In this document: positions 30,206-41,318 of the stretch, piece after piece
How positions within the stretch are numbered: the first letter of the stretch is position 1
How the letters are laid out: every line of letters begins with the position of its first letter
Assembly: GCA_963810095.1 (NCBI GenBank)
Contig: CAWEMM010000014.1
Location: 64,001 to 128,000, forward strand
Source: an uncultured Chloroflexia bacterium
GTDB taxonomy: Bacteria; Chloroflexota; Anaerolineae; CG2-30-64-16
Direction: 5' to 3'
DNA: 64,000 nucleotides
The notes under the pieces: model-generated
The model's database searches: none
What the model was told of the DNA's origin: nothing
The model's input: the letters and a program-made list of their open reading frames with translations, nothing else
Made by a program: the position numbers and the translations under genes

Positions 30206-31135
30206 TTGGTCACGGCTGTCCAGTCCTACCGTAACCTTGTCGCGTTTATCCGGCTCGGCCGGCCGTATTTCCTCGCGGGCGGCTTCATCATGAACGCGCT
30301 CGGTGTGGCGGCAGCGCTGTACGCGGGCGCGACTCTGAACTGGCCCGCCCTGGTCCTCGGTCAGGTTGCGATCAGCACCACGCAGTGGATGGTTCATTAC
30401 GCCAACGATTATTTCGACCTGCCGGCCGACCGGCTGAATCCCTCGTCGACGGTCTGGTCGGGTGGCAGCCGCGTGCTGCCGTCCGGCGAACTGCCGCCGC
30501 GTGTTGCCTACCGGGCGGCCGTGATCCTCGGCCTGGTCGCCGTCGGGGCCACCGCCGGCCTGGTGCTCATCGCGGGCAGCGGGCTCGCCGCGGTCATCCT
30601 GGCCGGTCTGGCCCTGTTCTTGGGTTGGACCTACAGCGCGCCGCCGTTTCGCTGGCTCTCCCGCGGGGTCGGCGAGGTCATCACCGCGTTCGTGGTGGCG
30701 GTGCTGACTCCCAGCCTGGGCTTCTACCTGCAGGCCGGCACTCTTCCCGGCTGGCTCCTCCCGGTGCTCTGGGCCCCGTTCTGCCTGCAGTTCTGCTTCC
30801 AGGTATGCGTGAACTATCCTGATGCCGAGGCCGATGCGGCAGCCGGGAAACGCAACCTGGTGGTGCGTAACCGCAAAGGGGCAACCAGGGCATATCAAGC
30901 GGCACTCGTCGCTGCGTACCTGGCGGTTCCACTGCTGCTGCTGGCCGGACTCCCGTTTGCCGTCGCCCTCGCGGTGCTGGTGCCCGCGCCGGTTGCCGTG
31001 TGGCTCTGGCGGCGGGCCGGCCGCGCTGGGTTGTCCGACCCCGGTTCCTGGGTGGCCAACGAGTGGGCCAGCGTGATCCTGGTGATGCTGACCGCCGTGG
31101 CCGAGACTGCCGCATTCCTCCTGGTGCGCAGCTGA
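30206..31135 (+). CDS. UbiA-superfamily prenyltransferase (MenA-like)
   Basis: Probable TTG start at 30206 after GGAGGG. FIRLGRP, HYANDYFD, GGSRVL, YSAPPFR..RGVGE, NYPDAEADAAAGKRNLVVR; multiple TM segments. Confidence 0.8.
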   Translation: MVTAVQSYRNLVAFIRLGRPYFLAGGFIMNALGVAAALYAGATLNWPALVLGQVAISTTQWMVHYANDYFDLPADRLNPSSTVWSGGSRVLPSGELPPRVAYRAAVILGLVAVGATAGLVLIAGSGLAAVILAGLALFLGWTYSAPPFRWLSRGVGEVITAFVVAVLTPSLGFYLQAGTLPGWLLPVLWAPFCLQFCFQVCVNYPDAEADAAAGKRNLVVRNRKGATRAYQAALVAAYLAVPLLLLAGLPFAVALAVLVPAPVAVWLWRRAGRAGLSDPGSWVANEWASVILVMLTAVAETAAFLLVRS

Positions 31136-31165
31136 CGCCGGGTTCGACTCCGTGCGTTTGCCGTG

Positions 31166-31194
31166 TTGACGCCTCTCCCCCCGCGCACTATAAT
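31166..31194 (+). promoter_or_regulatory. sigma70-type promoter upstream of the first S8 peptidase
   Basis: TTGACG (31166-31171), 17-bp spacer, TATAAT (31189-31194). Near-palindrome ATCACAACTGTGAT overlaps the predicted start site. Confidence 0.7.
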
Positions 31195-31598
31195 CACAAC
31201 TGTGATCGCCACCGCGCCGGCTGACGCGCCGGTCGTGGCGAACGGGCCGTGCGGAATCCTATAGGGAGCGCGCGGCGGATCGGTACGGTAGCCCTGTACT
31301 TATCTTGGCGACGGGCGTGGCAGAGCTTTTGCCGCGCCTTGTTTCCGAGCGCGGAATCCCGGGGCCCGCCGCACCCTTCAGGCTACCCGGTTGCTTCCAG
31401 GCGGCAACCTTCGTGTCCCACCGATTGGGAGGTGCACCAACACGCTCGAGTGCCTTGTCGCATAGTCGCTTCTCCGCGAGTCGGAGCGTCATTGCGGTGC
31501 GGAGTTTTCCACCGGTTCGAAGCCCTGCCGCGCCGCCAAGCTGCCACCCGTCCTGTTGTCCTTCGTTTTCCTCACTCAGCCAAAAGGAGAAGGGTAGC

Positions 31599-34500
31599 GT
31601 GAGCGCAAAATTCCCTAGACTCACGGCGTTCCTCTTGATCCTGGTCCTCGCCGTTCCGATGTTCCTGGCGCCTTCGGCCACAGCGCCCACCGCTTCGGCC
31701 GCAAAAGCGGGCGACATCACCAGCGCCAACGACGCGGTTGCGTCGAAGGTGCACCCCAAGCTGCAGGCGGCTGTTGCTGCCGCCGCACTCTCCGATGCGT
31801 TTGACGTCATCGTGTATGCCGAGGCCGGCGCCGACCTGCGTCCGTACATGAGCAACATGCTCGCCGCGAAGTACGTGCTGCCCAACGGCACGCAAACCTA
31901 TTACGGCCGCGTCAAGGCGGCCAACGTGGCGAAGCTGGCGTCGCTGCCCGCAGTGGCGGCGATCGAGGATCTGCGGTTTCAGGGGAGCCCCGCAGCCGCC
32001 CGAGCTCGGCCTGAAGCGGCTGAATGCCTACGACCCTGCCACCGCCCGTGCGACCATCGCGGCCCTGAAGGCGAAGAAGGGCAGCGGCCCGTCGAAGGCG
32101 CAAGCCGCCGCGCCCGCCCAGGTGGCCGATTGGTTCGACGTGCTCGACGTGCACAAGTCGAAGGCGGCGTGGGACCTGGGGTACACGGGCCAAGGCGTCA
32201 AGGTCCTCGTCAACGACACGGGAACTGACTTCTCTCATCCCGACCTGCAGGCACGATTGCCCGGATCGAAGATGCTGCCTCGCCTTACAACGGGTGGCCC
32301 GAGATGTTCGACTCGTTCTCGATGTTGAACCTCGCCTACGACTACTTCTTCGGCACCGACTACATCAAGTCCGGCGTCGGGCATCTTCGGCAATGCGCCG
32401 GACTACGCCGATACCTCCGAGACCCGTTCAGGCGAAGCAGCTGACCGGACAACGGCGACGGCACGGTGCGGTGACCTTTGCACCCATCCACAGCGTCGAC
32501 GAGTTCGGCCACACTTACCGCTTCCCCAAGACAAGCAAGAGCGGCGTCTATCACTTCGGTTCGCATCCGGACACGACGCTCGAAGCCTTCTTCGACGAGC
32601 GCGTCGCAGTCCTCGTCGTCGACGAGCATGTTGCCGGGCGTCTACGACACGGTCTACGTCGACCTCGACGACGATTACGACTTCACGAACAACAGAAGTC
32701 GGTGAAGGGCGACGAGTACGTCTACATGGACCTTAACGAAGACGGTTACGCCGATCTCTCCGGCGGTATCATCTACTGGATCTCGGACGGCGCGAACCCG
32801 CTGCCCGCGTCCGACTGGCGCTACGGCATTGGCGCGGACGTCGCCGGACCCGGCGACCTCGTCGCCTTCTCCATCGACGACTACGCGGAGAGCGGCGATC
32901 ACGGCACGTTGTGCGCGTCGGGCGTGGCGGGGCAGGGGGTCATCGACGGCGGCGCCCCGCCCTTCAAGCCCGCGGGCGACGGCACGCCCGGCACCGGCAT
33001 CAGCGTTGGGCGGCGGCAAGAACGTCAAGCTGAGCTCCAACGGCGACGGGTACACCACCGCCAACGCGCTGGCGGAAGGCGTGCTGTTCGCGGCGCTGGG
33101 GTACGACGGCCGCCCGAAGACTGCGGACGACATGCAGATCGTCAGCAACAGCTGGGGCAGCTCGGCCACGGTGAACGACGGCTGGGACTACGAATCCCGC
33201 CTGTTTGACTTCATCGAGCGCTTTGTGAACCCCTACCTGGTCGAGGGCAACTCGACGGGCAACGGCGGCGCGGGCTACGGTACGACCAACTCGCCCGGCG
33301 CCAACCTCAGCATCGCAGTCGGCGCATCCACCTTCTACGACTCGGACGGCCAAACCTTCGACAGCATCGTGGGCAAAGACCAGCTGCTGTACAACGACAA
33401 TATGAGCTTCTCGGACCGCGGTCCGACGGCCCAGGGCGAAGTTGGCGTGTCAGTGCTGGCGAACGGCGCCTGGGGTGCGGGCAACATCCCGCTCAACGAG
33501 GCGCTGAGCGCGGGCGTGGACGGCTGGAACGCGTGGGAGAACTGGGGCGGCACGAGCCGCTCGACCCCCGTGGCCATGGGCAACCTGGCGCTCGCCATGC
33601 AGGCGTTCAAGCAGAAGAACGGCCGCTGGCCGACCAACGTGGAGGCGCGCTCCATCCTGATGGCCGGCGCCGACACGGCCTGGAACGACGGCTTTGTCGA
33701 GGGCGCGGGCGTGGTCAACGCGCTGCGCAGCGTGCAGATCGCTGCGGGCATGAGTGGCGTCAGCGTCACGCCCGACAGCCTCACCTTCGGCGACTACCGC
33801 GGGACGAAGTACGAAGCCTTCACCAGCATCATGTTCCCCGGCAAGCGCAAGACCGAGACCTTCACGGTCAGCAACGCGAGCGCGGCGCCGGTGAACCTGA
33901 CCATTTCGGACGATCAGCTCGTGCGCTTCGCAGAGAAGACGATCGACTTCACGACGGTCGATCAGAAGCTCGAGACCGCCAACTTCCGCATGCCCGACTA
34001 CCTCATCGACATCGGCAGCATGATCCCGGCCGGCACGCAGATGATGGAAGCGATCCTCGTCCAGCCGTTCATGGAGTTCGACCCGAACGGCGACTACAAC
34101 GCAAACTCGAGCTGGCGCATCGTGCCGACCGACTGGACCGACGTGAACGGCGACGGCAAGCTCTACGAGGACAAGAACGGCAACGGCGCGATCAACTGCC
34201 CGATCGTCGGCGGAAACCCGAACTGGAGCGCCCCGACGTGCGAAATCCAGGGCGGCGAGTACATGCGCTTCGGCTACGGCTACGACCGCGGCACGACCAT
34301 GCAGCAGCGGGTCAAGCTGCCGCTCGAACGCAAGCACAACAGCATCTTCGTCGGACTGAGCCACCGCTCGAAGTCCGCAACCGTGCCCGTCTCGCACTTG
34401 AAGATCCAGCTGAACTTCTACAAGACCGCAGGACATGCCGTGGCTCACCGCGCCGGCTGCGCTGACCGTGCCCGCCGGCGGTACGGCCACCTTCGATGCC

Positions 34501-36299
34501 ACGATGGCCGTGCCGGGCACCGCGAACGTCGGCATGTACGAGGCGACCATCCGCATCAGCGACGGCACCCACATGACCAACGTGCCCGGTGGCGGCAAAC
34601 GTGGCCGCGTTCAGCACCGACTTCCTGCTGGGCGGCCCGCCCGAGACGAAGACGCCCTACGAGAACGGCTCGGTGAGCGGCTACTTCGACTGGACCGGCC
34701 GCGTCCGAGTCGGGCGACTGGCGCTTCTTCTTCATCGACGTGCCCGATTCGACGCCCGCAGGCACCTATCTGCTCGTCGACAACCGCTGGAGCGGCGCGA
34801 AGACGGACATCGACACCATCGTCATGGGCCCGACGAAGGACTGCTTCAGCAACGGCGTCGGCTGCCAGTATCCGATTTCGAGCCGTTTCCCCGGTGCACC
34901 TGCGGTCTACGGGCCTTACAGCCTCTACCCGGTGGGCGGCAGCGAGCGGCTGAACCCGCGGGCAGGCGTCTGGCTCCAACAGACCTCGACCGGCGGGCCG
35001 CGCGAGATGGTGGCTGCGCCCCTCACGCCGGGGTTGAACCTGGTCGCCATGCACAACAACCTGTACAGCGGCGAGAAATGGGCCGAGACGTTCCAGGCGC
35101 AAGCCGGGACCATCAGCGTCGCGCCGAATCCCGGTCGATCTCTTTGTCGACAGCAAGACCTCTGGCTCGACTCCCGCTGACCGTCAAGTCGTCGCTGCCG
35201 CTGCCCGACTTGCAGGTTGCGGCGTTCGGCCTCGGCGTTCCCGAGGTTCGCATCCTGCCCCAGGTGCAGGATAACCCGGATGATCCAAGTTCGTCGACCT
35301 ACAAGTTCCCGGTCACGGCGAAGGATGCGGCGTATCTGGAAGCTTCGACGGAGGCCGTGGGCGGCGACCTGGACCTGTTCCTGCTCTACGACCGGAACGC
35401 CGATGGCAACTTTGACTTCGCCAACGAAGTGTTGGCCAGCTCGACCACTTCGACCGCGAACGAGCACGTCAAGGTCACCTTCCCGCCCGACGGCAACTAC
35501 CTGGTGGTCGTCCACGGTTTCGGGGCCGATCCGGGCGCAGACTTCAAGCTCGACGATCAACACCGTCCAGGGCGAGGACCTGCAGATCAGCGGGCTGCCC
35601 GCCGGCCCGTATCAGCCGAACACGCCGATCTCGTTCAACGTGGACTGGAAGCTGGCCGCCCCGTTGGCCGAGGGGAGCGAGGCGTTCGGCGTCATCCTGC
35701 TCGGGCCTTCCGGTGCAGAAAGCGCGATCGAAGTGCCGGTGCGCCTGCATAACATCGTCAGCAGTCGCGAGACGATCACCCTGGCGCCACCTGACGACAC
35801 CCGGCTCTTCTCGGGCGCCCCGACCACGAACTACGGCCAGGACGCATTCCTCCATGTTGGCGCCAACGACACCAGCCGGTCAGTTCTGCACTTCGACCTG
35901 GGCGGCATCAACCCGACCTACGGCATCGAGAGCGCCAAGCTGCAGTTGTATGTGGATGCGTTCGGCGGCGGCGGCTCGCCGGCGAACCTGGCCGCGTACG
36001 AACTGACCACCGGCTTTGCCGAGAACAGTGCGACCTGGAACACTCCGTGGGTGAAGAAAGGCGGTGACTTCGCCCCACCTGCGCTCACGGCCCCCATCAG
36101 CATGAGCAGCGTGGGCAAGTGGGTCGAGTTTGACGTGACCCCCTGGGTGCAAGGGTGGTTCGAGGACGCCAGCACCAATCACGGCGTGCTGCTGCAGTTG
36201 GTGAACCAGACCAGCTTCACCTACTACCGCTTCGCCAGCGGTGAGAACTGGGACGCGGGCCATCGCCCGATACTCAGCGTCACGGTGACCAAGCCCTAA
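31599..36299 (+). CDS. Large secreted S8 (subtilisin/pyrolysin-like) serine peptidase with PPC-like and C-terminal DNRLRE/CBM96-like domains; many frameshifts
   Basis: GTG start after AAGGAG; signal peptide MSAKFPRLTAFLLILVLAVPMFLA. Catalytic D (VLVNDTGTDFSHPDL), H (GDHGTLCAS), oxyanion N (GNGG), S (WGGTSRSTP). Also DLDLFL...NEHV and TTNYG..RSVLHFDL..SATWN..FDVT..FASGE. Pieced together from about ten frame segments. Confidence 0.8.
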
Positions 36300-36342
36300 A
36301 CCGGTCTGGATCGACCGTGCCTGAAACGTCTGCTTTCAGGCG

Positions 36343-36381
36343 CACAGACCTCCGAGGTGTGCAAGACCTCGGAGGTCTGTG
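36343..36381. repeat. Perfect 16-bp inverted repeat (REP-like or terminator)
   Basis: CACAGACCTCCGAGGT-gtgcaag-ACCTCGGAGGTCTGTG, preceded by a smaller hairpin GCCTGAAA...TTTCAGGC (36319-36341). Confidence 0.7.
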
Positions 36382-36589
36382 ACACAAGTCCGCCTTGCGT
36401 TTCGTCCGGGCCTGTCTATCTGTCAATCGCCTTCGTTGTGGTATACTTGCTCCGCTGCGATTGAATGTCGATGCTGGGCTGCGCGAGATTCCTCCCACCC
36501 CTTGCGAAGCTGTGATCCTGGCGTGTCGTAGCGGTCGAGGGCCTGCTGTCCCCTGGAACCCTCTATTTCCCGTTCGAGGTCGAGCCTAC

Positions 36590-39500
36590 ATGACTCATGC
36601 GTTTAGCCGGCCGCGTCCGGCGACTACCCTCCTGCTGGTGTTGCTGGTTCTGGGCCTCTGCGCGGCGCCCGCAGATGCGGCGCCGGCGCGCAGGCGAGTC
36701 CGGCGCGTCCCAGGCCTCCGGCTCGGGTAAGGTCATCGTTGCATTTGCCAACTCGGAGCAGAGCGAGGCGCAAGTGGCGGCAGAACTCGCGAGCCGGGGC
36801 CTGACGCTGGACAAGTGGCTGCCCGAGCTGGGGTTGGCGCGGGCGACGGTGCAACCGGGCAGTGGGGGTGCGGCCGCGGCTGCCAGCGCGCTGAGCGCAG
36901 ACCCCGCAGTTGACTTTGTGACCGACGACCGGATGTCGGCCCGGGTGGCAGACGTACCTGAGGATGAGTATTGGGGCGAGCAGTGGGGGCCCGCGAAGGT
37001 CGGGCTGGCGAATGCGCGCGAGGTCGCGCGGCGGCGATCCGTCGGTCTCGATCGCCGTGGTCGACACCGGCGTGAATTACTGGCACTGGGACCTGCGGGA
37101 CCAGGTCTGGATCAACCCCGGCGAGAGCGAGATCGATCCCGCGACCGGCAAGCGCACGTGCAGCAGCGGCATCGCGACCAACGGGCAGGACGACGACAAC
37201 AACGGCTTCACGGACGACTGCCGCGGTTATGACTTCGATGCGGGCGACAACGACCCGATCGACGTTCACGGCCACGGGACCGCCGTCGCGGGCATTGCGG
37301 GCGCGGCGACGAACAATCCCGGTCATTACACGGACGGCAAGCTCGAGGGTGTGGCCGGCATGGGCGGGGCGGCCCAGATCATGGTCGTGCGCACGCTGAA
37401 CAACAACGGGGCCGGCTACCCCTACAACATCGCCGATGCGATCACCTACGCAGCCAACGAGGGCGCCGGGGTGATCAATCTCAGCCTCACCCTGGACGTA
37501 AACTACAACCAGGCCGACGCCGACATGCTCTGCCGCGCCACGGACTACGCTCAGAGCAAGGGCAGTGTCGTGGTGGCGGCCAGCGGTAATCATTCGGCGG
37601 GTGGCATCCAGCCCGTCAGCTATCCCGCCGCCTGCCCCGGCGTGCTGGCAGTCGGCGCGAGCTCACAAGGCGACACCCGGTCCTGGTTCTCCGACGCAGG
37701 GAGCCGTCTCGACCTTGTGGCGCCCGGCGAAGGCATCTTTTCCGTCCTCCGTACGAGCAATACCGCTTACGGTCGCTTCAACGGGTCGGGCAACGGCACT
37801 TCGTTTGCATCGCCCCATGTCGCGGGCGCGGCCGCGCTCATACGGGCGCTCCGGCCTGATCTCGGACCCGCGGCCGTGCGCGATCTGCTCCGCAACACGA
37901 CTGATGACGTCGGCGAGCCCGGCTTCGACCTCGCAACGGGCTCGGGACGCCTCAACGTCGGGCGGGCCGTTTCCAGCGCGCTCGACGGGCTGGCGCTGAA
38001 AGTGACGGCGGCTCCCCCCGGTGCGGCGGTTGGCAGCAGCACCACGCTGCGGATCGAGGTGCAGGGACCGGGCGGCGCGCCGGCCGGCTTCGGCGCCCAC
38101 ATCAACCTGGCCGGGGTGCTGGGCAGCGTTTCGCCGGCCGCAGTCACAGCAGACGACAAGGGGGTCGCGACCGCGACCTTCACGGCCGGGGCTGTCACGG
38201 GCCTTGGCAGCGCGACGGCCGCGCTGGGCTCGCTGAGCGCAGCCATTCCGATCACCGTTTCGACCGGCGTGCCGGCTTCGATCCGCCTGGTTTCTGATCC
38301 GCCGGTCCTGCCTACCAACGGCCGGTCCACGCTGAGCGCCGACCGTGCTGGATGATGGGGGGAACCCGGTGGCCGGCCCGCTGGACGTAACCTTCAGCGC
38401 AACCCTCGGCACGGTGGAACCCGCAAGCGCACGCACGACGGGCGGCGTTGCCACGAGCGCCTTCACTGCGGGTGCGATCTCGGGGCTCGCGGCAGATCGG
38501 GGCCGCGGCAGGGGGGCTCTCAGGCGCGCTGCAAGTCCCCATCCTCGGCGCGGGCGATCCGTTCACCGTCACCCTTGGCACGACGCCGGCGGGCGCATCG
38601 GCCGGCGGGCCCGACGTGGACGTGTCTGCGGCGGTTGTCGACGGCTCGGGTGCATCGGTGCCAGACGGGACGGTCGTGTCCTTTGCCACGGACCTCGGCG
38701 TGCTCTCCACTGCGTCGGCCGCCACCAAAGGGGGCAAGGCGGCGGCCAGACTCAGTCCGGGAACCGTCGCCGGACCGGCGCACGTGACGGCCAGGGCGGG
38801 ACTCGTCCAAGGAGCCGCGACGATCATCGTCGCCCCGGGGCCCATTGCAACCGTCTCCGTGGGCGCGCAGCCCAAGGAACTGGTCGCCGAATACGGTCAG
38901 CTCGCCACGATCAGCGCAACGGGCAAGGACCAGTACGGGAACATGGCGGCGGATGGGTTGGTGATCCACTTCAACACGACACTCGGCGAGCTGATCGCCT
39001 CAACGGCCCCCACCCAGAACGGGCGGGGCCAGGTGCAGTTGTTCGGCGGATTGGTTGCGGGGGTCGCTCAGGTGACGGCAACCGCGCCGGGGGGCGCACA
39101 TGGCTCGACGACCGTGACCGTGAAGCCGGGAGCGGCGGCGCAGCTCACGTTCGCCGCCCAGCCCCTCGACCTGACGGCAGGGGGCGGCGCGGGCAGGCTG
39201 CGGGCGACGGTGAAGGATGCCCACGATAACCTGGTGGCGAGTGGCATCCCGGTCACTTTCACGACGGATCTCGGCCAACTGCAGCCGGCAGGAGGGGGCA
39301 CTGGCGCGGGCAGCCGCCTGGTGGTGCTGACGAACGGGGGGGTCGCGGAGGCGGACCTCGCGCCGGGGCCCACGGCGGGAGTTGCACACGTGACTGCCTC
39401 GGACATCGCCCCAGTTGCAGAAGTCGGTGCAACTAACCGTCCGGCCGGGCGGCGCGGCCCAGGTTGTGCTCAGCGCACAGCCTGCCCTCGTCCGGCCAGG

Positions 39501-39762
39501 GGGCAGGGTGGACATTGCCGCGCATATCAGCGACCAGTACGGCAACCCGGTCGCTAACGGGGTCAACGTTACCTTTGGGGTCAGTCGGGGCCAGTTGTAC
39601 CAGTCGCTCGTGCCCACCGCCGGCGGCGTCGCGTATACCTGGTTCACGGCGCCTCCCGGCCCCGGCCCCGTTCAGATCTATGGGATCGCGGATGGCATCT
39701 CGGGCGCACCGGTGGCTGTGCAGGTCGCTCGTCCGGTCTACCTGCCTCTGATCGACCGGTAG
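36590..39762 (+). CDS. Secreted S8 serine peptidase with tandem Big-1/invasin-like Ig repeats and C-terminal VYLPLI motif; about five frameshifts
   Basis: Signal peptide MTHAFSRPRPATTLLLVLLVLGLCAAPADA. IAVVDTGV, DDDNNGFTDD, HGHGTAVAG, INLSL, AASGN, GTSFASPHVAG. Repeated D..GN.V..G..V.F.T.LG / T..G.A...L units. Ends ARPVYLPLIDR. Confidence 0.8.
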
Positions 39763-39850
39763 GGAAGCCGTGCTGCAAGGGCGATTCGTTAGGCGCATGG
39801 GAAGCTGTCAGTTTTTGATGTAACAGCAAGGGACAGATCTCCCGTAGATA

Positions 39851-39955
39851 TGGCATACATATCATAAAAGTATACACATTTGAGCGCGCCGGCCGGGAAG
39901 CGCGGGAGCGACCTGTGTTCTTCTGGATGTGTATATTTTTATGATATGTATACCA
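39851..39955. repeat. 29-bp AT-rich inverted repeat pair enclosing 47 bp
   Basis: TGGCATACATATCATAAAAGTATACACAT (39851-39879) versus ATGTGTATATTTTTATGATATGTATACCA (39927-39955): 27/29 complementary. Confidence 0.8.
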
Positions 39956-40036
39956 CACCTGGGGGCTACGCCGGGTATGCAGAGGCATCTAAAAGTGGCA
40001 AAACGCATGTCGCCCTACATGCGCAAGCTCATTTTG

Positions 40037-40189
40037 CGATTGGTTTAGACCCTCATCCCGCGCTGCCCGACAACGCGGGATGAAACAGGACACTGATTGA
40101 ACGGATTCGACTGATTGTGACGATCTCTTACCGAAGGCAGACAGTGCAGATCTGTTCAATCAGTCGTGTCAGGTCCCATTCCAAATCAG
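40037..40189. repeat. Composite palindromic dispersed repeat, copy 1
   Basis: The core 40081-40183 matches 44627-44727 in direct orientation. The flank 40037-40085 matches 44723-44770 in inverted orientation. Confidence 0.8.
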
Positions 40190-40190
40190 T

Positions 40191-40472
40191 TTAGTACCCT
40201 CGCAGGACCCTCACGAGTGCGGTCTGCACCACTTGAATCAGGATCAGGGCGATGATCGGCGAGATGTCCAGGCCGCCCATGCTCGGGATGATCCGGCGGA
40301 TGGGGTTCAGCACGACCCCCGCGATGTTGTGGACCACGGCGAGCACCCGGTAGACCACGTCGGGCAGTTTGGCGTTGGCCATCATCACCCAGCTCGCAAT
40401 GACGTCGATCAGGATCACGATGCTGAAGAATTGGAAAATGTAATTGATGACGACGAGAAGTGCGTAGGTCAT
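40191..40472 (-). CDS. yggT: YggT family membrane protein
   Basis: Start MTYALL at 40472 (ATGA overlap with proC). IASWV...LNPIRRIIPSMGGLDISPIIA. Confidence 0.9.
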   Translation of the reverse strand: MTYALLVVINYIFQFFSIVILIDVIASWVMMANAKLPDVVYRVLAVVHNIAGVVLNPIRRIIPSMGGLDISPIIALILIQVVQTALVRVLRGY

Positions 40473-41293
40473 TCGTCTGCAAGCTCCCCAAGTGTGACCG
40501 AGCGCTGATATGCGGCCCACACGCCCTTCGACACCACGGTGCGCAGGCCGCCTTTTTCGAATTGATACAGAGCTTCCGCGGTGGTCCCGCCCGGCGACGT
40601 GACGCGGTTGCGCAGCTCGACCGGGTGCACGCCCGTCTCGCGGGCAATGGCGATCGAGCCTTCCATGGTCTGATACACGAGCTCCTGGGCCACCCGGCGA
40701 GAGAAGCCCAGGTGGACGCCCGCGTCGATCAGCGCTTCCATGAAGAGGAAGACGTAGGCGGGGCCCGTGCCGCTCAGGGCGGTGGCCCGGTCAAGGTCGC
40801 CCTCGTCGCGCACGAACAGCTCCTTGCCCAGCGCACCCAGCACCGTCTGGGCCTGGCGTTGACCGAGCTCGTCGACCTCCGGCGTGGCGGTCCAGACGGT
40901 CATCCCCTTGCCCACCTGGCCCGGCGTGTTCGGCATGGCCCGGACGATCTTCCGCACGCCCAGCCCCTTCTCGAGCACCCGAATCGGGCTGCCGGCCACG
41001 ATGCTGATCACCAGGTCGTCGGGCGACATGGCCTCGCGAATCTCGGGCAGCACCTTCTTGACCGTCTGCGGCTTGACGCTCAGCACGACGATCTTGCCGG
41101 CCCGAGCCGCCTGGCAGTTGTCGGTCAGCCCGCGCACGCCGTAGCGGCCGTGCAGCTCCTGGGCGCGTTCTGGCCGCGGCCCGCTCGCCAAAATGGCGTC
41201 TGGCTCGATCAGTTTCTGGCTCAGGATGCCCCGGATCATGGCCTCTGCCATGGCGCCGGAGCCGATAAAGGATAAAGTGGTGTTTCGCAGCAT
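40469..41293 (-). CDS. proC: Pyrroline-5-carboxylate reductase
   Basis: FIGSGAMAEA, LSVKPQ, RAMPNTP, TALSGTGPAY, VTSPGGTT. Confidence 0.95.
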   Translation of the reverse strand: MLRNTTLSFIGSGAMAEAMIRGILSQKLIEPDAILASGPRPERAQELHGRYGVRGLTDNCQAARAGKIVVLSVKPQTVKKVLPEIREAMSPDDLVISIVAGSPIRVLEKGLGVRKIVRAMPNTPGQVGKGMTVWTATPEVDELGQRQAQTVLGALGKELFVRDEGDLDRATALSGTGPAYVFLFMEALIDAGVHLGFSRRVAQELVYQTMEGSIAIARETGVHPVELRNRVTSPGGTTAEALYQFEKGGLRTVVSKGVWAAYQRSVTLGELADE

Positions 41294-41318
41294 AAGTCCT
41301 GTCTTTCGCAGGCCGCCC

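Noticed and set aside
31095-31160. tRNA-like fragment (GTGGCCGAG...GGTTCGACTCC)
   Set aside because: The T-stem and acceptor stem do not pair, and most of it lies within the prenyltransferase CDS
31245-31395. c-di-AMP (ydaO) or c-di-GMP riboswitch call
   Set aside because: Only fragmentary resemblance; the conserved core segments are not present in order. Kept only as an unassigned structured leader.
39851-39955. dif/Xer recombination site
   Set aside because: TTATGATATGT resembles a XerD arm, but no matching XerC arm lies at the 6-bp spacing
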